Origin: Leptogorgia sarmentosa
Taxonomy: Eukaryota
DNA: 64,000 nt
Reading direction: 5' to 3'
NCBI GenBank assembly: GCA_964658305.1
Contig: OZ210885.1
Span: forward strand, 1,488,001-1,552,000
Shown: piece after piece, positions 1 through 10,214 of the stretch
How positions within the stretch are numbered: the stretch's first letter is position 1
How the letters are laid out: each line of letters starts with the position of its first letter
The notes under the pieces: model-generated
The model's database searches: none
Told to the model about the DNA's origin: nothing
The model's input: only the letters and a program-made list of their open reading frames with translations
Translations under genes and position numbers: made by a program

Positions 1-125
1 TGTAAATGATTATATATTAGCCGTCATATGTAAATGTTCGTAATGTTGGTCAACAGTAATGTAATGCATGGCCATGATTTGTATTATTATTCACTTTATA
101 GTATTCTCAATTTTTATTGGTCAAT

Positions 126-643
126 TTACCTGCAAATAACTGCGTGCAAATAATAGTCTGAGCATGCGCATTTGTTAAAAAGGTTGCTCACCTGCAAATA
201 ATAGTCTGAGCATGCGCATTGCGTCACTTTTTTGTAAACAATGGCGGCTCGTTTTCCTGAACTATCAGAAGACGAGCTGTCCTGTTTACTAGAGGGAAAA
301 GATTCCGAAAATACAAAAAAAGCCATCAAAACGGCCGTCAGTGTCTTCCGGCAATATTTAAAAGAAAGAAAAATTTAAAAGAAGAAGGTTTTTTCCGTAA
401 ACCAGTATTATTTTTTTATGAAATAAAATTTGTATGTAAAGCTCGTTGTATAGGTCTACCTTGTAGCTAAGTATGCTTTGTAAATGAATAATAAAACAAT
501 TATTGGACGAGATCTCGCAAAATATCGCGATTTGTCGGTGGCTCGCAGATCAATTATTTGCCTCTGCCTTCGGCATCGGCAAATAATTGATCTGCTCGCC
601 ACCGACAAATCGCGATATTTTGCTCGACCTCGTCCAATAATTG
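126..643 (+). mobile_element. Non-autonomous Crypton-like (tyrosine-recombinase transposon) remnant
   Basis: Short ORF 241-378 MAARFPELSEDELSCLLEGKDSENTKKAIKTAVSVFRQYLKERKI resembles the N-terminus of Crypton/DUF3504-type proteins. It is followed by AATAAAACAATTATT and a long imperfect hairpin at 497-643 centred on GCCTTCGGC. Confidence 0.65.
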
Positions 644-834
644 ATAATTATTTGTAGTTATTTATATAACTAGCTATTTAAGTCTATGCCCGCCTTGAAA
701 ATCGATTTAAAAGGGTAAGCGTAGTCAAATAAAGTTTTACCTACAATTGCATGATTTAATATTATTATATTGTATTTAATTTTGCATAAACACATGCCTA
801 ATGTTTTTAATCGTTTATATTATTTACAATACAG

Positions 835-3612
835 GTTCATGTCCTGAAGGCTGGCAACACTTCCCAAACGCGTGCTATTACAAATCAAACGAAAAACGAT
901 CTTACAGTGAGGCACTCAAATTTTGCCGCCAATTTAATGGGGCGCTGGTGAATATCAACTCAGAGGAAGAAAATAATTTTGTTTACGATACTTTCGTAAG
1001 CAAACCGACATACAGCAGAACGTTCATTGGCGTAGTAAGAGAAAAACGTGGAAGCACTAAGTTTGTGACCAATGACGGTAAACCACAGACATATTTCAAG
1101 TGGGGCGAAGGAGAGCCAAACAATGCTGGCGGATATGAAAATTGCGTTGAAATGAAACGAAAAGGAATGTGGAATGATTTGCCTTGTGGAATGAAGCTGC
1201 CGTTTATATGCAAATCCAGTAAGTATCAGACTACAAATATTCAGTAGGGTTTAGTCAGTAGGTTTAGTACATGCAACAAGCAAAATTACATCATTTACTA
1301 AAATACTGCTGAAACATAACCAGCCTATTGTCTGTTAATTATTTAAGCTGCATATGGATAAAAAAATCAATTTGCTTTCAGGATGATCTTCAATTACAAT
1401 TTTCATCCAATTTCATGTTTAGAAATTATTAACCAATACAATTCGTGTGCTATTATATACTACAAAATATAGCACAAATATCACATGTTTTAATACATAA
1501 AAATATAACAAGGAAAAATGTGAAAATGCAAGTACAAATCGATTGGCACATTATAATGGTAGATTATGTAATATGCACACACGAAATGTATAATTATGCT
1601 CATCTCTTTTATGATATGACAATCTTTCGTTTCCTGTTTTGTAGAGGTTGGTTGTGAACCCAATACATGTAAAAACGGTGGGAAATGCGTCGTTTTACCT
1701 GAAGAAGACATCGGTGCCTATAAATGTGAATGCCAAGAACCATTTTATGGGACGCAATGCGAACATAAATTTACAGGTGAGCTCATTAGTAATCCGCGAA
1801 ATGCTGCAGTTACTGCATGCATGATCAATTTACTGGTGGAGAAAAATTAAACACTGCCATGCAATATTGTTTGGTATACAAAATATACAACATTGTTAGG
1901 TACATTTGGAGAACAACAGCCTATATATATATGCTATAGAAAAAATACAGAAATTATTGAAAAAATTTAAAACTCGAAACACGTGCCAGTACTACAAGAG
2001 AAACTAGAATCGAAATTAAACTAGTATTATTAAAAACATTTTCGTGCTCAATTTTAAGTATGATATTTTAATTATTAGCTATTTCATGATCAAGAGCTAG
2101 TAACGGCGATTTTTTTAAGATTGAACAGCGCATGTTCAGAAACTATTCAATGCGATTTTGTAGCTTATTAGCTAGTAAGCCACAATTTATAGAGCATTTT
2201 TCAAAGGCACTCTTCTCAACATAGCTTTATTTACATTTGTTCAATTGTACCCGTTTAAAAAGGTATTCATGATAACATGCTTCGCCAATCCTGCGCTAGC
2301 AGACATGAACTATCGCGGCAGAATTTCAACTACTATAAATCCTGCATGCTTTAATTTAAAAACTTTAACATCTCACAAAAGGGTTTTCAGATATTAATTA
2401 CAACAATTAAAAAACCTAAGAGTCACTACAGAATTATTCAAAAAGATATGTGTCAAGAACCGACTTAAACTGTTTAATATTTCTTAGATTATTTTCCGAT
2501 TTTATGTGATCTAGCTGGCAAGCCATTCCATAGCTTGACTGCTCTAAACATGAAAGAGCGTTGACCAGCTGCTGTTCGATTAAAAGGGAGATTCAATAAG
2601 TCTTTCTTTCTTGTTACACTGTCATATGTATCTGTAATAGGTATCTGATATTGCAATATTCAAAGAAAAACCTTGCCTGAATAAATGCAAATAATAATAC
2701 AAGGCATCCATGTTATCCTTTTTTTCTCAAGGATGTGCTGAAGGGTGGATTGCATTCAAGCACTATTGCTATCGCCATTTTCCGGGAAAACGACCTTGGT
2801 ATATTGCAGAGTCTGTGTGTATAGAAGCGAACGGACATCTTCTGATAGTTCAGTCGGACGAAGAAAGTGCTTTTTTAACCAAGAGCTTTCCAAACCAAAA
2901 CTTTTGGGTTGGAGTAGGAGATTGTATGTGTGGGAAGAAATGTACAGTGGACTACAGCAAAGTTGGCTACAGCAATTGGGACACCTGTGAACCTAAAGAC
3001 CTTGATGAAGCCGAAGGTTGTGCATTGTTGGTAAAAAATACCGGCAAGTGGCAGAATCAAGATTGCAAAGAAAGACAGAGAACTATTTGCAAACGAGGTG
3101 CGTAATTACTATACATATAAATTCGTATAAAAACAGAAAATGTATTGAAAGAAACAAACGGAATATGTAGCCATCCCCCGCCCTCTCTTCTCTCATCATT
3201 CACTCCTGGGCCCCTCTCACTCTCCAATAAAGAATGAGCTCAATTTTTGGACAGTTCACGACGCTTTTGCAATCTTCACTTGCGCATGTTGATTTTGGAA
3301 ATGCGCAAAAGCTATATTATACGATACAATACTGGCATGGACCTTCTTCAACAAAACATTTGCATGAAGTACACGTGTACGAGAAATGTAAGCGCATGAC
3401 TAACTACTTAATATCAGTTTTTTCGTCATTTTGCCCCCTCCACCCCCCTCCTCCCCACCACTAGACTTCAGTTCAGTCTGTCAACTGAGTTAGTGACACC
3501 GACACCTAATGTCCGTTTTTTCCGTATTGAATCTAATACCATGGTTTTTATCCAATATCATTTGTGTGTGTCTAATACCCAGCATTTTCCATATTTTGCA
3601 GAACCAATCTAA
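835..3612 (+). CDS. C-type lectin - EGF - C-type lectin protein, 3' part (5' exons not located, probably upstream of window)
   Basis: Phase-1 exons: 835-1218 (CTLD: CPEGW..CYY, GEPNN, ENC, WNDLPC, FIC), 1645-1776 (EGF: CEPNTCKNGGKC...YKCECQEPFYGTQC), 2732-3097 (second CTLD), 3602-3612 (EPI-stop). AATAAA at about 3778. Confidence 0.85.
2440..2640 (-). mobile_element. CR1/L2-type LINE ORF2 3' fragment
   Basis: Minus strand translates to TRKKDLLNLPFNRTAAGQRSFMFRAVKLWNGLPA, the typical C-terminal motif of CR1/L2 ORF2 proteins. Intronic. Confidence 0.7.
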
Positions 3613-4765
3613 TGACCGTTCAATATTGCTCAAGCTTGACCATTTCAAAGGACAAAAGTGCCAATTGTAACATTAGTTTAGGAAATCCACATTGAAAACA
3701 TTCGTTGGCAGGAATGAAGACTGTTATAGACTAGTTTATCTTTTTTCAATATCAAAATGTAATGCCATGTAGTTGCAAATAAATCAGAAAAACAGCTATT
3801 TCGCTACGCTCATTCGTAAGATATCGTTCACCACTCGAAATATATCTCGATGTAAATATATTATATCTCTTTCATGACAGTCCTCCATATTTTTGGGGAG
3901 CACCTACACCACTGAGCTAAAGAAAGACTGGACAGAGTGCACTCGACTTTTTCCATACAAAGGGTTGAAGCCAAAAACATGGCGGATTTTACCGTTGCTG
4001 ACGCCACTGGTTCCTATTTCTCACATAACTTCCACTGACCAACAGCGGTCTCATGTTTCCGACGACGATTTTCCCTCTTTGTTTTTGTAAAAGAACCCGA
4101 AATTTTGTTTTTATATGGAAAAAATCAAGACGAAAAAGCCGAATTTTTGCCAATGAGATCTATCGACAAACGTAGTCTGTCAAGAAAAGGATGTGAAATG
4201 GTAATGACAGACAAGCGGAAGACTGCAAAGGCTGAGGCTTAGTTAGGAATGCTCGATTTTTTTTACACTTTTCCAATAGCATGCAGTGCATTGCTATAAT
4301 TAAACACTGGAGAACATATTTGAATGACAATCATGTTATTTTGAATTTTCAGCGGGTTCGTTTAAGTGTTTTGTCCCGCAGGGCCTGTTTACTTCATTCC
4401 ATGACTTCATAAGGAGTGAAGGACGATCGCGGTAATTTTCATGGATTAAAGTTAGTTTCCGCTGTTGCCTTAATTCAAACTAGTTTTCTAGCTCTTTGCC
4501 TCCAAAACAATATGTATGTGTCATATTCGTTGCCACGCTCGTTAAGCAGTTTATTATATGGCTTTTCAAAATTCTCTATTCTGGTTGACAAGCGGTCCGT
4601 ATAAAAACCTATATCCGTACCGTGGTCCTATTTTACCGTTTCTGGACCAGTGTCCCGGATGCAGTTTATCTTGCGGGAAATTTCGCATTTCGAAAAGATT
4701 TTCTTCTCTCAGGGCGTGAGACGTTTTTCTCTCAAAACGCTCAGAATTTAAACAATTTAATTCTA

Positions 4766-4963
4766 TGTAGCTATTATAAGCATTTAAATTTGTTTATCTT
4801 TTATTTAAGATATTTATTTTATCGTTTATCTCTGATGACGGGCCGAGTCTGACGGCCCGAAAGCTTAGATTTGTAATAAAATCATTTAAAACTAACATGG
4901 TGTTCCACAAATTTAAATGCTTATAATACATGAAATTCACCATGAAAAGCTTCAAAGTACATA
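4766..4963 (+). mobile_element. Penelope-like (PLE) short insertion
   Basis: Absent from the paralogous site at 9521-9532. Flanked by a 12-bp duplication AATTTAATTCTA (4754-4765, 4964-4975). Has an internal inverted repeat TATTATAAGCATTTAAATTTGT / ACAAATTTAAATGCTTATAATA and contains a hammerhead motif. Confidence 0.75.
4828..4870 (+). ncRNA. Minimal type I hammerhead ribozyme motif
   Basis: ATCT-CTGATGA-C-GGGCCG(agtctga)CGGCCC-GAAA-GCTT-AGAT: conserved CUGAUGA and GAAA core, stem I ATCT/AGAT, 6-bp stem II, palindromic AGCT helix III. Confidence 0.8.
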
Positions 4964-5527
4964 AATTTAATTCTACTCTATACGGGTTACATCTTTTTCA
5001 AACTAATTTAATTTACGCTACTTTAGATATCAAATAAATGTGGAGTGTCCATAATATCCGCGCCATTATCTAGAGAAAAAAATTGCTAAATTGGCGGTCA
5101 TGCAATCCCAAATAAAATACATTGATAATAAATAAATTCTGTTTTAGGTCTGTACCTCTAACACAATAATTCAGATTTTTTGTAAATAAATTGAATAAAC
5201 ATATTCGTTATCCTGAAGTGGTACCTACGCTGACCACGTGTGCTGATATATATACCCAATGAAAGCCTTTTGAAATATGTCAAAAACACATCGAATACTT
5301 TCATGATGATTTTATTACTACAGTATGCGATCAGCGAAAATGCATCTACACAGAAAATGCTAACTAGCTAGAAGGTTGCATCAGACTAAAACATCTACAG
5401 TTGTAATGTATCTTTAAATTATTTAGTATCAGGCTCAAATCTTACTTTCTGTTATACAAATTGAGCATACTTTATAAGCTTACAGTATTACAAAAGTACA
5501 GCTTGAGGAGGAAACATACTAGACAAA

Positions 5528-6427
5528 TCAACCGCGTTGTTTTTGGAGATCGATTCCTTTGTTAACCTGCACAGAACGTACATAGACATCCATACATGAA
5601 TAACCGTGATTGTCGTACTCGTAAAAGTTGTACAGATCTTCACCATACCAAATTCTTATTTTCTGGCCTTTGCGCAAATATCTCAACCCTGGGTCCTGGA
5701 ATTGGATCTCTGGAGAGGACTGGTGGTAGCCGGAAAGGAAGTACCAACCTCCTCTAAGTATCCGAACCAGTTTGGGATTGGGGTAAATAATATTGTTTTT
5801 TGTATCTATGTGAAAGATAAAAAAGTTGATTCATTAATATGCATGATAGCTACATTATAGGATGTATAAAAAAAGCAATTCTTAACGTTTAGATCTATAG
5901 CACCACGATCATACCTGTAACGATGATAGCGTGACGCCACGAATCGTTACAACCCCAAAATGAGGTACCAAAATGAGGTGCCGAACAACCAATCAGACCT
6001 TTCTTGTGAACCATTTTCATACCAGTAATAAAGGTGCTTGATCCATTATATTGAAACTCACTGTATTGACTGTTTTTGGGTTTGATACATTTGTCAGAGG
6101 CAATCATCGTCCAGGATCCCAAACATTTACATCCTGAAGCAAAAATCAAATTTTGTTTAACTAGTAAATGTATATCTCAAATCTCATTCCATTTCAAATA
6201 ACTGGAGGTTTTTAGTGTTACAAATTGTCTTAAAGCAACTAATTGGTGTTAAGGAGTGTATAATTATATAGTTTGAAAAGAAGGGTCAAATATATGAACA
6301 TACAATGAACGGCATTTAGCTCGTTCATAACAATTGATATTTGTAAAAGAAATTGATAGATCATACCTGATTTTTGAGCTGCCACCATTGCATGGCCGAG
6401 GCACAGAAAGAATACTACTTTGAACAT
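5528..6427 (-). CDS. Small secreted protein with unnamed Cys-containing domain (WYGEDL...DNHG.SCMDVY motif)
   Basis: Exons: 6427-6367 (signal peptide MFKVVFFLCLGHAMVAAQKS), 6133-5915 (GCKCLGSW...FWGCNDSWRHAIIVT), 5805-5528 (DTKNNIIYP...WYFLSGY...IRIWYGEDLYNFYEYDNHGYSCMDVYVR...stop). Both introns are phase 1 and GT-AG. Confidence 0.85.
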
Positions 6428-7775
6428 TTTGTTAGTATCTTTCAAAATTGAGTGCAAAAACATGGATGTTCACTCTGTGAGGTGTTGTGCAAAATAACAA
6501 GATCATATTTGCGGGGGTTTATTATATATCTTTTGTGCTGCTCAACATTTACATTTCGTGTCAGCGTTGGGCTGCAATGACTTATCATGCAACGTTATTT
6601 TTAAACTTTCTAATTTCATTTCCTTGCCTTAAAAATAACGCGTGTACATAACAACCGTTTATAAAAAGCCAATATTGCTTATACAGGGGATCAAAAGCTT
6701 AGGATGTTTGAGCAAATGTCGCATAAACACTAAATGCATGCACGTATATACTTTAATTCTATTGACATATTTCATCGTCTATATGTGATGTTTATAAATT
6801 TAGCTACGTCCGCTTTACAGAAAAAACTTAGTCTTCACTTGAAATTGTTTTAATTAGTACAGATATAGTAGTCTAAAATAATTATTTTAATTATTTTTAT
6901 AGAGCATAAAACTGAAATAGCCAAGACTATTCAACTTGTGGATTATATAGCGAGACATTATAGTACTTATGTTACAGCGTCAAGAGTAATCATCGTCTCT
7001 TTTGTGTCAACAAAACATAATTATTTATCCTAACAATGTTTAAAATCACTGAGCAAATACAACTCTCCATTTACTCAAATTCATTTGGGATTCTCAAATT
7101 TTCCAGACGCAAGAGGAAACAGGAAGCCTTACTTTAATAAATGTAAACTACCTGTTTTATATTAAACATTTGCCCAGCTATAGGGTGAAATGTTTGATTA
7201 GATTTTCGTCACCATATTACAATGTATGTCTAGCTTAACCAAATTGCAGTATACTGTAAGTTTCTGTCGTGCATAAGCGCTTCGAAATATACTGCACTTC
7301 TCTACAAAGTACTACAAACAAGACGCTAGATCCATATTGATCAAAAGAATTCCGCGGTTTCAGGACCTGCTTTTGGGTAATGCAAACGAAAATTAATGAG
7401 TTATGTTAATTGATTAATCAAAGTATAAGGCGACATCAGGAATATATCCATCATCTCCAAAACTGAAGCTTGATTGGTCTGTTTCAAGTTTCAAAGCCAT
7501 TAAAATATATCAATGCACAAAAATACAGCAGCAATGTGGTAAAAGGAGGCCAAGTTGAATGAGTTCGGCACTTTACGTTCAAATGTTATTTTTTAAAGTG
7601 TAAAAATAACATTGCATGAGAGGTCATTGTAGCCCAATGCTGAAACAAGAGTAAATTGACAACGAAGATATTTTAAAAAACAATTAAATAAATGTAAACA
7701 TGTCATTTAACCCCAATTCCAGTTCCTGCTTTCGCGTCATATTCAAAAGACTTTCAGAATTTCAAAATTGGATCT

Positions 7776-9757
7776 TGCAGAACCAATCTAATGACCGTTC
7801 AATATTGCTCAAGCTTGACCATTTCGAAGAACAAAAGTGCCAATTGTAACATTAGTTTAGGAAATCCACATTGAAAACATTCGTTGGCAGGAATGAAGAC
7901 TGTTATAGACTAGTCTATCTTTTTTCAATATCAAGATGTAATGCAATGTAGTTGCAAATAAATCAGGAAAACAGCTATTTCTCTACGTTCATTCGTAAAA
8001 TATCGTTCACACTCGAAATATATCTCGATGTTCGCACATCTAAGCAATAATTATATCCTCTATAAAAGTATTTTGCAATATTGGGTTGTTGAACTACAGT
8101 GATGAGCAGGACAGAGATTAGAGACCATGTGCTTCATATTTTTCTTCATTATTGATTAAGGTCGATGTTAATTAGAGATGATGTACTTTTCTGCACGCCG
8201 CACGCCAAATCTTGACTGGGAGACCGGTAAATGTAATATCTTCTTATAATTATAAGCTATTTAAGCCAATAATTATTCGCTCGTATTCTTTTCTATCTAA
8301 AATTCGTTAGTATCTTGAAATACAAAATTAAGGCAGTCTTACATTTACACAACGTAAAATTTCTTAAATTAAACTAAGCAATAGTCTTCGTCTTTGTTTT
8401 CCACTTTTCTAAAGCCTTTAGTGTTCGCCCTTCATGACAGTCCGCCATATTTTTGGGGAGCACCTGCACCACTGAGCTAAAGAAAGACTGGAGAGAGTGC
8501 ACTCGACTTTTTCCATACCTTTGAAGGGTTGAAGCCAAAAACATGGCGGATTTTACCGTTGCTGACGCCGCTGGTTCCTATTTCTCAATATAATTTCCAC
8601 TGACCAACAGCGGTCTCATGTTTCCGACAACGATTTTCCCTCTTTGTTTTTGTAAAAGAACCCGAAATTTTGTTTTTATATTGAAAAAATCAAGACGAAA
8701 AGGCCGAATTTTTGCCAATGAGATCTATCGACAAACGTAGTCTGTCAAGAAAAGGATGTGAAATGGTAATGACAGACAAGCGGAAGACTGCAAAGGCTGA
8801 GGCTTAGTTAGGAATGCTCGATCTTTTTACACGTTTCCAATAGCATGCAGTGCATTGCTAATTAAACACTGGAGGACATATTTGAATGACAATCATCTTA
8901 TTTTTAATTTTCAGCGGGTTCGAATTCGTTTAAGTGTTTTGTCCCGCTGGGCCTGTTTACTTCATTCCATGACTTCATAAAGGAGTGAAGGACGATAATA
9001 ATAATAATAATAATAATAATAATTATATTTATTGAGGATACCCACATCACCAATGTGTTTTTCAGACGATCGCGGTAATTTTCATGGATTAAAGTTAGTT
9101 TCCGCTGTTGCCTTAATTCAAACTAGTTTTCTAGATCTTTGCCTCCAAAACAATATATATGTGTCATATTCGTTGCCACGCTCGTTAAGCAGTTTTATTA
9201 TATGGCTTTTCAAAATTCTCTATTCTGATTGGTTGACAAGCGGTCCGTATAAAAACCTATATCCGTACCGTGGCCCTATTTTACCGTATCTGGACCAGTG
9301 TCCCGGATGTAGTTTATCTTGCGGGAAATTTCGCATTAGCTACAAAGTACAAACAGAAAAGATTTTCTTCTCTCAGGGCGTGAGGCGTTTTTCTCTCAAC
9401 ACGCTCAGAACAGAGTTTGCGCAACCCATGACTTGGAGATATAAGTTGTTCAAAGATGGACGCAAAAGGTATAAATAAAAGAGAGAATACAGCTACATCC
9501 ATATTTTGAATCAAACAAACAATTTAATTCTACTCTACTACGGGTTACATCTTTTTCAAACTAATTTAATTTACGCTACTTTAGATATCAAATAAATGTG
9601 GAGTGTCCATAAAATCCGCGCCATTATCTAGAGAAAAAAATTGCTAAATTAGCGGCAATCCCAAATAAAATAGATTGATAATAAATAAATTCTGTTTTAG
9701 GTCTGTACCTCTAACACAATAATTCAGATTTTTTGTAAATAAATTGAATAAACATAT
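7776..9757 (+). repeat. Local segmental duplication, copy 2
   Basis: Paralogous to 3596-5206. Retains TTGCAG|AACCAATCTAA and the AATAAA signal. Confidence 0.95.
8997..9064 (-). mobile_element. Extremely 5'-truncated non-LTR retrotransposon 3' tail
   Basis: 68-bp insert with AATAAA and an (ATT)n tail on the minus strand, flanked by a GACGAT duplication (8991-8996, 9065-9070). Empty site in copy 1 at about 4422. Confidence 0.8.
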
Positions 9758-9768
9758 TAAGTTAATAA

Positions 9769-10143
9769 TCATAACGAGTAAATAATAAAAATCGTACAAA
9801 CGAGCCAACTGTGAATAATTTGTTTATTATAAAGAAGAGATACTGAGATACGACAATGACAAACACAAAACGAGCGAAATATTTTAATATAGAATTTCTT
9901 ACCACTTATTGCTTACAGAAAATGCAAACAGGAACTTTATTAATGAATAATAAATGTTTTCTTTATTGACCTTACGTGATGGTTTTATCAAAACGCTCAT
10001 ACCATAAATTTTCACTAGTGAAAAAAATCCCATGACCAATCAGAACGCTGGTACGGCAAATTTCACGTGTGAAAAATATCGTATGCAGTGAGATACGAAT
10101 TTTATTTCGCCGCTCTATTGCATGTAAATCTCTATACTCACAT
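9769..10143. mobile_element. Repeat element (Crypton-like) bounded by 22-bp direct repeats
   Basis: AATAAACATATTAAGTTAATAA occurs at 9747-9768 and 10144-10165. The internal CCAATCAGAA motif is shared with other repeats in the window. Confidence 0.4.
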
Positions 10144-10214
10144 AATAAACATATTAAGTTAATAAATTTATAGGTGAATAACTGACCGTTCCTTGACGTC
10201 GAATAATTCATCAT

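Larger units (their letters stand above)
3596..5206 (+). repeat. Local segmental duplication, copy 1 (lectin terminal exon, 3'UTR and downstream repeat)
   Basis: 3596-3850 matches 7776-8030 and 3871-5206 matches 8431-9757, at high identity with copy-specific indels. Confidence 0.95.

Noticed and set aside
9032..9478. 148-aa ORF
   Set aside because: It lies in duplicated repeat sequence, starts inside a retro-insertion, and its frame is broken in copy 1.
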